The position numbers were made by a program, and so were the translations under genes. Under the pieces are notes generated by a model. The model was not told where the DNA came from. It searched no databases and saw nothing but the letters and a program-made list of their open reading frames with translations. Shown piece after piece: positions 36,732 to 49,519 of a DNA stretch of 64,000 bases. Position 1 is the first letter of the stretch; each line of letters begins with the position of its first letter. This DNA is from Eledone cirrhosa (lineage: Eukaryota): positions 364,312,001 to 364,376,000 of the forward strand of contig OZ024740.1 of NCBI GenBank assembly GCA_964016885.1, written 5' to 3'.

Positions 36732-39700
36732 TATACATCTTCCTCTCACACTTCTTTGTAAACTATATAGAAGTTTGCAGGCAAACTGTTCATACTAGAT
36801 AAAATTGTGCTGTAGCTTGTATTCTGGTAAAGATGAATATATAAACCTTGACATTCCAAAAGTACCTACAACCTATCTGGTCAGTACAGCTAATTTTTTT
36901 TTTTATGTCTGAATACATTAATCCTATATATAGCTAGTAGCTCATTCTAGTTTATTGTTATATTTGGAGGATGTAGATTAAGTTACAATATCAACTCACT
37001 TGCTTCTCCACCATAACTTTTTTTTAATGCATATAAGGAAAAAACAAAACCAGTTGATAAGTATAATAGTAGTTGAAAAATTCAATTTTAAAAAAATATA
37101 TAATGGTTTAGTGTGTATGTTTTCGCTCTTTTACTGGAGTATTATTAATTCTCAACATCCAGTACCACTTGAAACTACATTAGCAAGACATTACATAAAA
37201 AATGAAAGACTTTAGTTTAGTGCAAATTTTCACGACAGTCTGTTCTAGTAAAGATACTATACATTTGAATTAGCAAACCTGTTTTTACATATTTTCTGCT
37301 AAATCATTACAGGATGTTAAGAGTTAATATTTAAATATTTAATTTATTATAAAAAATTCAACAACAAACTTTCATTTGAATTTTTTTAAATTTATTTATT
37401 TTTTTATTTGTAAATCCTTATTTCTGATTTAGGCATAAAGCCAACAAATTTGAGGGAAGGGAAGTTGATTAAATAGATCCCAGTGTGTTACTGGTACTTT
37501 ATTTTATCGACCCTGTACGGATGAAAAGCAAAGCTAACCCCACCGGGATTTGAATTGTGAATTGGTTTCACTGTAATATTTTCTCTTCAGATTAAATTAT
37601 GTAATTTATCCTTAGAATTATATTTGTAGGCAGGTTGAAAAGCACACTGTTAGTATTTATTTTTCCCAAAGGGTTTTTGTCTTATAGATACCTATATCTG
37701 TTCCATCTATCAAAAATGTTGAGAATTACTTTTCTACCTATGTTGTTTAAGTCTTTTATTATTTTTATTTTGCAAAATCAAGGTTATGATGAATTTAATT
37801 AGCCTCAAAACATTTACACACATTACCGAGCTCTGTGCTGTTAGTGTCCACTCACTTTGGAAAAATGAGTTGTACCTGTAATTTCAAAGAGACAGCCTTG
37901 ACACAGTGTCACATTGAATCTCCCTGTCAACTATGTTAAATGAACATGTGTTTGTAGAATGCTTACCTACTAACATGTTGATCAAATAACTGGAACACTC
38001 ATCAAAACTGACAGCGATCCAATACATGCAGTTTATGTGAATTAACTGCAAGCAAGTTCTAAATCTAATGAAATATATATTTTTATAAAGAATTGTAAGA
38101 TTTAGTTATAAGTAGAGAAGTATTTGTAGAGCCATGCCTTACTTAGGGGAAAAGAGACAGTTGGCATCAGAAAAGGCACCTAACTGTAGAAATTTTGTCT
38201 CAGAATGACTTTTCTCACCGATGCCAGCTTGAAGTACAGGAGATTTCATTAAAGTTAATATAGAGAATAATTTTCTTATATTTATACAACGAGCGTTTTA
38301 AGGCCATTTTTTTCTGCTAAGGCAGAAGTCAGCCTTACATACACTGTGTCAGACTTCATTCTTATCATGGTGTCTTATTTGAGGCAATGTTTTACAGCAA
38401 GATGGTCTTTCTGGCACCAACTCTTTTAATCACCTCTTACAACATATCATATTTTTATATATTTATATTCTATATACTTTTAAGAGGATACCATCATGAA
38501 ACTTGGACAGGTCTACATCGACCAAGTCAGTACTGAAGTTGTTCTATTGACCTTCCAGACAGGCTGGCTTGTCTGCATCTCACTTACACATGGTCTTAAG
38601 TGCACTGGGGTGGTTGTCATGTCTTATATATATGTGTTAAATCAGCTAAATTATATTCAGAGAAACACTTTAATAGGTATGCTGTTTATTGTACCTAAAT
38701 TGCTGAAACCAATTACTACCTTTAATTCTTTCATGGTTGATGAAATATAGTTCCACTTCACAATGGTACTTTGACAGAATTGTTAATCTCAACCTGATGC
38801 AATGATGTATTTGTTCCGGCTTTTTGAGTTTTGAGTTCTTTGATGGTAAACTTAATCTGTTGCCCAGTTTAACAACACCTGGTCTTGGGATGTCTTTAGC
38901 AGAGTTCAGTGTTTTATGCTTTCAGGCCAGGTGTTGTCTGCAAAATATTGGGCACAATTTTCTGGACACTACTTTAGTATAAACAATAAACTAGCATCAT
39001 CATTTGTCTTTGAAGACCTCAGCCAGACAGTGAGAAAAGTCTCAAGCTCTCCTATCCAGATGTCAGAGATTTAAGATATGAAACACATGACCTTGATATG
39101 GTAATTAAGTATCGTGGGCTGTGGGGAGGAGGTATGAGGTCTGTCTTAACTGGGATTGCTACATGATGATGATGATAATGATTAGCAATAGAAAGAAGAA
39201 ACAGAGTTGAGGAAAAAATGTTGCTCTAATTATCATTATCATCATCATCAGCATCATTAATTGTATTCAAATAACCAAATTATTAAAATTATACTTAAAA
39301 GACTAAAATGAATTTTAAAAAAGTATCCTTGTTTTGATCATAATTTTCTCATATTTCAGTTCCATTCCATTAATAAACAACATTGGATTAAAGCTAGTAG
39401 TAAAACTGCTTTTTCTGCTTTTGATATATATACCAAACACCTCAAAGAGGATTTGACACTTAGCATTTTCTTTTTATTTATTTATGCTGGTTGCTATAGT
39501 AATATGGTTAACTGTAATGTAGATGAAGTACTAGTTTATTTCTTTACCTCACTCTCCAACTGTTGTTGACTTTTTTATCTACTATTTTCATGTCGATAAT
39601 AGGAAATTGGATGTGATTAAATTAAACATTTCTCCTATTAGTTTAAGAGATCTGATAGTGGTTTTTCTCAGTTTTCTCTGACTGGAATATTAAAAATAAG

Positions 39701-40059
39701 GAAATGTGGCTTCTGGTTTTCTCTCATTTATCTTGATTCTCTCTCTGGTTATCTCAATTCCCCTTCTCCAAAGTTAGCTTTGGGAATTTCACTTTTATTT
39801 TCTCTCTTTGATTTGGGGTTTGATTTTATTCTGTTTCATAAAGATAGCTTAGATTGCCTTTCATGAGTAGCAGCATTGACAATATTAACTGTACTTGCAT
39901 TTGATGTTAATGTGACTCTAACACAGAACAGAGTTTTCCAGAAATATTACTTTGCTTCATGTTTCGTTTCGACTTCATTTTCGAATCCTGTTTATTGATG
40001 GATTATTTAGTTCCATCTAAAGTCGTTAGTGTTTGAATAAGGAATAAAGAATGTGTGCA

Positions 40060-40104
<45 letters not shown>

Positions 40105-40389
40105 GACAGAAAGGTACAGGAAATAAAAAAGCAAAATGAAAGGGAAAAAAGGAAAAGAAAGTAATAGTGTGTGTGGGAAGAGAGAAAGAAATCGAAATGA
40201 AGCTATTGGCTTTCTGATATTTTCTCAAGCAATTGGACATTTCAATCAACAGTCAGTAACAACTTCCCCAGAGTTTCCAATAAAACTTAGCAAACATCAT
40301 TTGCAATATAAGTGAGAGAAGTGCTGTTGATATTTCATACAAAGAATGAAAACTTTCTTTAGCCATCTTAACTCAAGTCAATACTCAAC

Positions 40390-40448
<59 letters not shown>

Positions 40449-40891
40449 TTTATTCTACTTTATTTTTTATTTTTTGTCTTTGAAAACAAGTTTTTCACTA
40501 ATTCTCACTTAAATTGCCATGTAAGAAGGAGAGATCAGTGGGAAAAGTTAACCAGAAATTTTTTTCTGCTTGGCTAAGTTTACTTAATGAATATCTTTTA
40601 TTAGTGAGAGAAGCAGTCTAAGCTGCTGTTAGACCCGGAAAGAAAGAACACAGACTTGCTAAAGATGTATTTCAATTGATTCTGCAGTTAATCGTTGCTT
40701 CTTATGAATTGGCACCAGTTTTTAGCAGTGAACTAAACAAGAATAAAGCTCCTTTGAGCTGATTGGAGTTTTAGATTCTGTCGAAATAAAACATTCCATG
40801 CATGATGCCACATGTTTCATCCAAAACTGTGCTTTATGATGCTTTCCGAGCTTCAGTGTGGTTCATTTGGTCTTTTATTGTGTGTGTATAT

Positions 40892-40893
<2 letters not shown>

Positions 40894-40923
<30 letters not shown>

Positions 40924-41061
40924 TGTATGTATGTATGTATGTATGTATGTATGTATGTATGTATGTATGTATGTATGTATGTATGTATGTATGTATGTAT
41001 GTATGTATGTATGTATGTATGTATGTATGTATGTATGTATGTATGTATGTATGTATGTATG
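40894..41061. repeat. (TATG)n microsatellite, about 42 units
   Basis: Perfect tetranucleotide run; source of the spurious MYVC/YIHT ORFs. Confidence 0.97.
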
Positions 41062-41849
41062 TGTTTGTGTGTGTGTCTCTCTCTCTCTCTCATATATATG
41101 ATGGCTGTTGACTTACTATACAGTATGACCACCTTTTTCTCTCCTTCCTTCATCTGTTTAAAGTTTTAGTGCCTCACCATCATGATGTGTATGTATGTGC
41201 TCTTTTATTTTTAGTTAATATTTATCACCAACAAAGAAATAACTGGTTTCCAAACCAGTATCAAGGCTCTTCTATCGGAAGTTATATAACATCAACTAGG
41301 TTATCATGTATGTATATACATATACATACATGACAACCTGGTTGATGTATATACACATACATAACAACATAGTTGATGTCACAAACATACACACATATAC
41401 ATGTTTCTATGCCTATACATGTGTATGTTTATACATACTGATGGCTAAACTTCTAGAATGTTTTACATTTTTTCAGTTTCATTAACTCTTTATCATTTAA
41501 ACCAACATTCTCTTACCTGTTTCTGTTCAAACTGGTTCCAACCGGCCACTCATATTGACATTAAGGAATTGTTCTCAAAATATATAATATCTAAATCTCG
41601 TAGATTCGATATTATGTGAGATAATTATGTTAGATAAAGCCTTTACTGTGTTAATATCAATTAGCTGTGTTCTTTCCCGTTATATGAAACCTGGCTTTTC
41701 AAGATTTGGTACTACGGTAGTTACTGTATCATATAACACACACTCCCTTCTGCTGGCTATTTTCTCGGGAAGAGGTCTGAAAAAAAGCTGGAAGCATTCA
41801 GATAAGGTGTGTATCCCCCCCCCCCCCCCCCCCCCCCAAAAAAAAACCG

Positions 41850-42940
41850 AAGGCTATCTTCTCTGCTAAAGTTGAGGTTGGCCTTGCAAAGCCCCATGAC
41901 AAGTTTCTCCATTTTCCCCTATCATCTACATCCCTCTCATCAACTCTTGCCTTTCATTTCCTTTTCTCTCATTTTAGTCATATCTTTCTTGGTCTTTCCC
42001 TTCCTCTATTTTTCCACATTCATTTCTATAATTCCTTTCATCCAGTCATATTCTTGTGCCACACATGACTCAACCATCTAATTTCATTTCTCTTCACAAT
42101 ATTCATCACTGATTCTATTCCTATCATCCTATGCAGGTAATTATTTCTCTTTCTCTCTCTCTCTCTCATCCATCGGATCATTCTCATTCCTGTTCTAGCC
42201 AACCTTCTCTGTTGTTCCACATTCATCATACATGGAACAGTCACCTTTCCCTTCAGTTTCAGTGACACCCCTTTCCTCATTATCACACGACTCAAGAGTC
42301 TGATCCACCTTCATACTTTCCATCTTCAGACCATTTCCAAGATCCAACTAAACATCCTCATCATATTTAATTTACACTTAACCCTTTAGTATTTACATTA
42401 CTCTTTATTTACTACTGTATTTTCTCACATAATTATCTCACATAATATCAAAATCTATGAAATTTTGATATTATTTATTTTGAGAACAGTACCTTAACAT
42501 CAGTATGAGTGGCCGGTTATGGCTGGTTTGAACAGAAAGAGGTGAGAGATTTGTGGCCGGATATGGCCAGTTTAAATGCTAAAGAGTTAAATGTAGCTGC
42601 CACATTATTTAATAATCACTTCACAGCGCTACATTTTCGATATACCCACTCAGTGCATATCATACATTTAATGGAGTTCACACCAACACCCTTCCGGCTC
42701 TTTCTATCTCACCAAATACTTTATCACTTGCTACCACCTTTGTCTTTCCAATATTCACCTTCATACCTTTTACCTCCTCCATACATTGATTCCACCTATT
42801 CATCTTTTCCCTCATATTCTCTGCTATTAACACCTGATCATCACAAGCTCATTCACTCTAGTCACACTCACTACACTGTCTACAAACTCTACAGAAATCA
42901 CAACAATAACACCCTCACACTTTCCTGACACTCTTGCTAC
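41850..42940 (-). mobile_element. Ancient RTE LINE remnant with eroded PHD-like finger, split by a MITE family 1 copy (42382-42586)
   Basis: Minus: KVNIGKTKVV..KGVG-NSIKCMICTEWVYRKCS (about 42625-42760) and RKGVSLKLKGK..MRMIRWM..RNEIRWLSHV (42038-42295). Confidence 0.75.
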
Positions 42941-43742
42941 ACAAGGTCATTTTTGAGGCATTGTTTTAAGGTTTGATGTCCTTCCTAATAGTAACACTTC
43001 TGGTCACCTCTTACAACATGCAAAGATATGGTGTTTCTATCAATAATTACAGGTATAAATCTCAAGTTATCATTTTGGTGTAGTATCTGCAGATTTTGCA
43101 TTAGTGGGGCATAGATGATTGTTTTTTTTTTTCCTTTTATCTGAAACATTCTGTTAAATAATAATAACTGCTGGACATTTGGTTTCTACTATTGTACACA
43201 CACTTAAATTTTCCTGTCTGAGATAATCATGTCTGGTCTCACAGGATTCAATAACATTCTACCAATATTTTTTCATATTATCGGGGAGTATGTGCATCAC
43301 ATTACTGCAACCTTTTATATTCATTGATAAGTGGGTTGCAGGCGATAGGACAATGTTAACCCCTGTTTTAGTAGCAAAAATGACATTGAAATGCTTGTTG
43401 CATACTGGAAAAAAAAAAAAAAAAAAAATGTCATTGTTGTAAGTTGTCATGATACAAAAAAAAAAAAAAAAAAAAAAGACAATATGAACCAACAACTCAC
43501 AGGAAATACTTGTTCACCTCTGTTGCTAAACACTTATATTTATGTTAATTTTGATGTAGTTGTTAGGGTGACGATTGAGACTTTATCTCTTAACATGCTG
43601 TGCCACATGAAGTCACATTTGCAAGACGTTCTTGAAAAGTATAAAACAACTCTGTTTACATTACATGAAAAGGTAAAGTTTTGCAAATTTTAACAACAAT
43701 CTATCCACTAGTAAAGATACTATAAACATTTGAATTAATGAA

Positions 43743-43960
43743 CCCTTTAGTATTTACATAACTCTATATATACTATTATATTTTCACAGTAAAGGCTTTA
43801 TCTTACATAATATCTCACATAACATTGAATCTATGAGATTTTGATATTATTTATTTTGAGAACAATATCTTAACATAACTATGAGAAGCCAATTACAGCC
43901 AGTTTGAACAGAAAGGTAAGAGAACTCTGGCCAGACACGGCCGGTTTAAATGCTAAAGGG
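43743..43960 (+). mobile_element. MITE family 1 copy nested in a family 2 MITE
   Basis: TIRs CCCTTTAGTATTTA / TAAATGCTAAAGGG followed by TTAA. Confidence 0.87.
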
Positions 43961-44633
43961 TTAAATCACCACAGGAAGTTAACTGTAAATCCACATAACA
44001 CCATGTTTCAAATACTATTTTGTTCATTAAGATACCCCATTTTTTCCCCTGTCTTAGTTCAACTGCTGGCATATTGATAACCATGACTACTGTTACTCCT
44101 TTGTAACTATGGCTACTGTTACTTACTGCCTTGTAACCATGACTACTGTTACTACTGTCATGTATCCTTGACTACTGATAACTACTTATGTTGTACCTTT
44201 TTTCCTTTGTTTGCTGCAAGCCTCTATGTTAAATAGTTCTTTCTTTCTGTATTTCTGACCTGGATATCACCTACCTACATCTCTGCAGTCCTCTCTTCAT
44301 TTCAGTTTTTGTTTTGTTTCCCTCTTCCACACACTCACACACTCTTTTCCATTTAGTTGACTCAAAACACGTCAAATAAAGATATAAAGTTATAAATGTT
44401 TAAACTCTTTTGATACTAAACCACCTGAAACCATCCCTATCATACTAAGACTGGTTGTTTTACAGTGTTTAGATTTATTTAAAAATGTTACATTGAACTT
44501 TTTTGTAAGTAATTTAAATTATGTTCCAGAAAGCAGTGAAATAAGTTATTTTATGAAATCACTTCTAAATTCCTGATTATTTTCAAGATGATTTGAAATT
44601 AATAGGTAGTGTCTCTCATTAGAAATATGATAA

Positions 44634-44851
44634 TGGTTTCTGATTTAGGTACAAGGATAACAATTTTGGGGAAGGGAAAAGTCGATTAATTCGACCCCAT
44701 TCTATTACTGGAACTTTATTTTATCAACCCTCTAAGGATGAAAGGCAAAGCTAACCTAGACAGGATTTGAGTCTAGAACGTAAAGGGCCATAACTCTGTA
44801 CCAAAAAGTATGATATCTGACGCTCTACTAATACTGTCAATCCACCACCCT
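44634..44851 (-). mobile_element. Full-length SINE (long variant) inserted in a family 3 MITE
   Basis: Reverse-complement SINE; TAGAAATAT on both sides. Confidence 0.82.
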
Positions 44852-44994
44852 AGAAATATAACACTGAAAAGGTTAATCATTCCAATTAACCAATTGAATC
44901 TAACAGAAACTCTAAACCCATAAAATTAAGATTGTATATTTTTCTTTTATAAATCAGTTATATACTTTTTCAACATCCAGATAATTTTGATACA

Positions 44995-45510
44995 AAAGCT
45001 GGGTTGAGAGGACTTTTCAGTTGTGTTAAGGATCTGCTCTAGGTCTGGTGTCATGATAACATCTACTTGGTACACCTCTATACAGTAGTTGGCATTAGGA
45101 ATGGCATCCAGTCATAGAAAAGATGTCAAAAAGGTTGGGAGGACTCTTCGGTTGTGTCATGGACTTAACAGCCCCCCTCGTGTTGGTGTCATGATAAAAT
45201 GCACATAGTACAACCTGTAAAGTGGTTGGTACTAGAAAGAGAATCCAGCCATAGAAACCATGCCCGAAATGGTTGAGAGGATTCTTCAATTGTCAGTGCT
45301 ATTTCATGATAAAATACATCCAGTACACTCTGTAAAGTGGTTAACACTAGAAAAGGCATCTAGCTATAGAAAATCTACCAAAATCAGATTGTACACGAGA
45401 CATGGCTTGAGGCCTGTCTAGAACAATAGCTCTGATTAAGTACTGACTTGGTCTGTGACAACCCATCCAACTCATGCCAACATTGAAAATGATGATGATG
45501 GTGGTGATGA
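44995..45510 (+). repeat. RTE-tailed SINE remnant with ~3 tandem ~120-bp units
   Basis: Repeated GGTTG(A/G)GAGGA..TTGTGT..GTCATGATAA..GTAAAGTGGTT..CATCCAG..TAGAAA, then CCAACTCATGCCAACAT..(GAT)n; the same unit occurs twice at about 24030-24260. Confidence 0.7.
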
Positions 45511-46901
45511 AAATGGTAAAGTATATGTGAAAAGATATAGTGAAAGTTCATATCTCTCTGGTGTAGTGATTGATTGTTTAATAATTTCCTGTCAGTAATT
45601 GTTGGTTGGGACCAACCATTACTGTAGATACTAAAACACAGTCAAAATCTATCACATACTGAGATAGTCTTTGAAATCTCCATCAAACCCTACCCAATTG
45701 TCTTAACTCTTTCATTATCATATTTCTAATAAAATACATTGCCTATGATTTTTAAATAATTTTGAAAATAATCAAGAATTTGGAGGGATTTAGTAACCAA
45801 CTTTCTCATTAAGAATTTTGATGGAAGATTTTTCGATAAATATAAATACTTTAAAATATAGTTTTGTATCATAGAACCAGGAGCAGTTTCAGTTGGTTGG
45901 TATCATTTAAAAAAAAAAAAACCCTATAGCATTCACGGTAAAGGCTTTATCTTACATAATTATCTCACACAATATCGAACCTATGAGATTTTGATATTAT
46001 ATATTTTGAGAACACTACCTTAACATTAGTATGAGTGGCCAGTTACAGCCGGTTTGAAAAGAAAGAGATTGGAGAATTCTGGCCGGATACGGCCTGTTTA
46101 AATGCTAAAGGGCTTTTAAAGGACTCTTTGGATAATATAATCAGAAATAGCCAATATCTTAATAATGATAGGGTGGTCATGACTAGAATACCTTTCAACA
46201 GGTTTATTCTTAATCAGAGTTGATCTGGGGACAAACAACACCAACATAGACACACAGTTGTCAAGGGATGTTTATGGCTAGAATACCTTTCACGCTTGAT
46301 CAAAGCTTATCTGGGGATAAACATTATCATCATATTAGATATACACTGGTGAAATGATAACTCCTCCACTCCCTCATCAACTTGTATTAAATCTGAATTA
46401 TTTATTGTGTCTGTCATATACAATATTGTTGGTGTTACTGGCATATAAAGCATTGTTGTTGTTGTTGCTATAAAACATTGACTGTTAATTGTTACCAGGT
46501 GCTTCTGTTGCATTCACTGTGATAAATAAAAACACAATCAGTAGCAATAGTCATATGATATAACTCTGAACTGACTTTGTAACCAGTGTTAGTCACAATG
46601 ACTTAATATTGATTAGAAGTATTATCAACACCATCAACATTACTCTTTTGCTTTTTAAGCAGAGTGAGTGAACATTGTAGTCTGTCTTCCTTTTAATAGA
46701 GAGAGATACCTTCGCTGTTTTAAACCTTTCACTACAATATTTCTAATGGAAGAAATTGCCTGTGATTTTAAAATCATTTTGAAAATAATCAAGAATCTGG
46801 ATGGAATTAGTAATATAACTTTCTTATTATTAAACTGGTATTTGGAACATAACTTTAAAGTTCTTATTTAGAATGATGGTGGGGGGTATTTTTTCTGCTA
46901 A

Positions 46902-46903
<2 letters not shown>

Positions 46904-46937
<34 letters not shown>

Positions 46938-48242
46938 TGATAATGAAATTATTGTGTAAAGTGCTCAGGTACACTACAACTCGTCAAAGGTGCATGTATA
47001 GTACATAGAATAATATACAAATGTCAGGGAAGTGAATAGTGTATGAGTCATGATATACATGTGTGTATGTGTATGGAGGGGGAATATTAGGTGTAGTGTT
47101 GGCGAATCTCAAGAAGCATGGAGGTTTTAAAGGATGCAGTGTTTCGACAGCTAATAACTGATGCAGGTAGTTTGTTCCATGCTTCAGCAACTCTGAGCGT
47201 GAAAAAATGTTTCCGAAAGTTATGGGAACTGTGCTGTTTTCTGACTTTGTGCGCATGCCCACGTGTGTTAAACACATGGAAATCAAAAAGGTATTCAGGG
47301 TTGTTGTTGGCAAGATGGTTAACAATTTTGTGGGTGTTTACCAAGTCAGTTGCCAGACGTCGGAGCGTCAATGTATCCATGCCCAGGGAAGCAAGGCGTT
47401 CAGAGTATGGTAGATGCCTGATGGAGGGTATTCGCTTGGTTGCACGTCTCTGAACAGTTTCCAGGCGGTCAATGTTCTGAGCAAGATAGGGGTTCCAGAC
47501 TGGTGATGTAAATTCTAAGTGTGGCCGCACCAAAGCTATGTACAGCTTTAAATAGATGGCTGGAGAGCGGCTGACAAAGGTCTTGCTGAGTGAGGCCAAT
47601 ACACCCTCGGCTCTCTTGACAATTTTAGAGATGTGCTTCGTCCAACGCAAATCATTGTTGACAGTAATGCCCAGGTCACGTCCACAAGAAGACTTCTTGA
47701 TATTAGTGTTGTGGAGGGAGTATGTGGACCTGGGCTTTTACTCCCAAAATGCATGGTGGTGCACTTGTCCACAGCTAGCTTGAGTTGCCAGTTTGTGATC
47801 CATTGCTGCATTGTGTCCAGGTCAGATTGCAGGCAAGATCTATAGTGTTCAGGATCTGTCCTTTTTATCTCAAGGTATAGCTTGATGTCATCTGCATATT
47901 TCAGTACTGTGGCATTCTTTAAGTTGGCATCTATGTCATTAATATATGCCACAAACAAAAGGGGGCCAAGAACAGATCCCTGTGGTACACCAGATGACAT
48001 CTCATATGGTGAGGAATGCTGTCCTAGAACTGTGACTACCTCTCTTCGGCTGGGAATGAAGGACTTCAACCAGTTAAAAAGATCATCCTTCACACCCATT
48101 GCAGAGAGTTTTGCCATAAGCCTTTTGTGTGGCACAGAATTGAAAGCTTTAGCAAAGTCAAGGTAAACAACATCCACCCATGAGCTGCCATCAGTGATCT
48201 GGGTGATGTCTTCAAGAAACTCGATAAGTTGATCACAGCAGT
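46904..48242 (-). mobile_element. 5'-truncated CR1-clade LINE (RT pseudogene, one frameshift)
   Basis: VDVVYLDFAKAFNSVPH, SGVPQGSVLGPLLF, YADD (47887-47898), VRPHLEF..VWNP, LETVQRRATK, FFTLRVAEAWNKLP; 3'UTR and (ATT)n tail. Confidence 0.93.
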
Positions 48243-48246
48243 TTAA

Positions 48247-48591
48247 TCTTTTAGGATTTAAACTGGTTGTATCCAGCCAGAATTCTCTCACTTCTTTCTG
48301 CTCAAACCAGCTGAAACTGGCCACTCATACTGATGTTAAGGTATTGTTCTCAAAATAAATATCAAAATCTCATAGATTCAGTATTATGTGAGATAATTAT
48401 GTGAAGTAAAGCCTTTGCTGTAAAAATATAATAGTAAATATAGAGTAATTTAAATGCTAAAGAGTTTTGCCATAAGCCTTTTGTGTGGCACAGAATTCAA
48501 AGCTTTAGTTGCCAGTCTGTGATCCATTGTTGCATTGTGTCCAGGTCAGATTGAGGCAAGATCTATAGTGTTCAGGATCTGTCCTTTTTAT
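48247..48591 (-). other. Complex CR1 5' junction: MITE family 1 copy plus two re-copied CR1 segments
   Basis: MITE at 48247-48464; 48461-48508 duplicates 48105-48152; 48507-48591 duplicates 47783-47868. Confidence 0.85.
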
Positions 48592-49519
48592 GAAAGCTTT
48601 GTTACATAGTACCAGAGGTGGGCAGTTTGATATCAAAAGTGTTAAAGCCAGTTTTTGTTTTTGTTGTTGTTGGCTGTTTGTTACTCTAGTTAGATGCAGG
48701 CCACAGGTGTCCTCCCTATTAATTCCTTTTTATATATATTCCTACACTTATTCAACTATTATTCATTCTAGAGACCCATAAAAATATAACTATCCCCATT
48801 GTTCAACAGACTTTATACTGTCAGTTGTGCCCCCCCCCCCTCCCAGTCATTGTAAATCATTCTCATATCAGGTCTATTATACTCTTCTCCAATCATTGAG
48901 TATACTCTCATCCCAACTACTATACCACCATATTGAATTACAAATTATCCCAGAGCCATTTTAATAATGAAACAAATAATTTAATAATTTTAGAGAATCT
49001 TTCCAAATTCTTCATTAATTAATTGAAAGGCAGTGTTTTTTTCATTAGAATTATGTTCATGAAAGAGTTAACAGAACACAATTTCATAAATTTTCTCTCA
49101 CAATTTACAGATTATGTTTCCTCCCAATAAAATACAAATATGTTATTTCACATTGTTGTCATGTTTATCTCTTAACCTTTTTCATACTAAACCACATGAA
49201 ACTGCCTCCTAACTTCAGTTCTAAAGTGTTAATTTTTATCTAAAAAACCTTCCCTCATAATTTTATATAAGAACCTTTATTATGTTTAAAAAATAATACT
49301 AACTGAACAATAAGAAAGAGAGTTATATTACTAAATCCTTCCAAATTCTTGAATATTTACAAAATTATTAGAAAGTAGGCAATGTATTTCATTAGAGATT
49401 GTTATCATTTTATGGTCCATTTTCCATGCTGGCATGGGCTAAGACATGGTCGAATAACCACATTTTTATCATGTTCTATATTTCAGCTTGGTTGTTGGAT
49501 GCCCTGCCTAATGTCAACC

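Noticed and set aside
40802-41169. MYVC/YIHT repeat ORFs
   Set aside because: Translations of the (TATG)n microsatellite.
47548-48324. CR1 RT ORF with a novel N-terminus (MASFSWFEQKEVREFW)
   Set aside because: The N-terminus is chance read-through from the adjacent MITE starting at a GTG; similar peptides appear at the MITE copies at 42509 and 46035.
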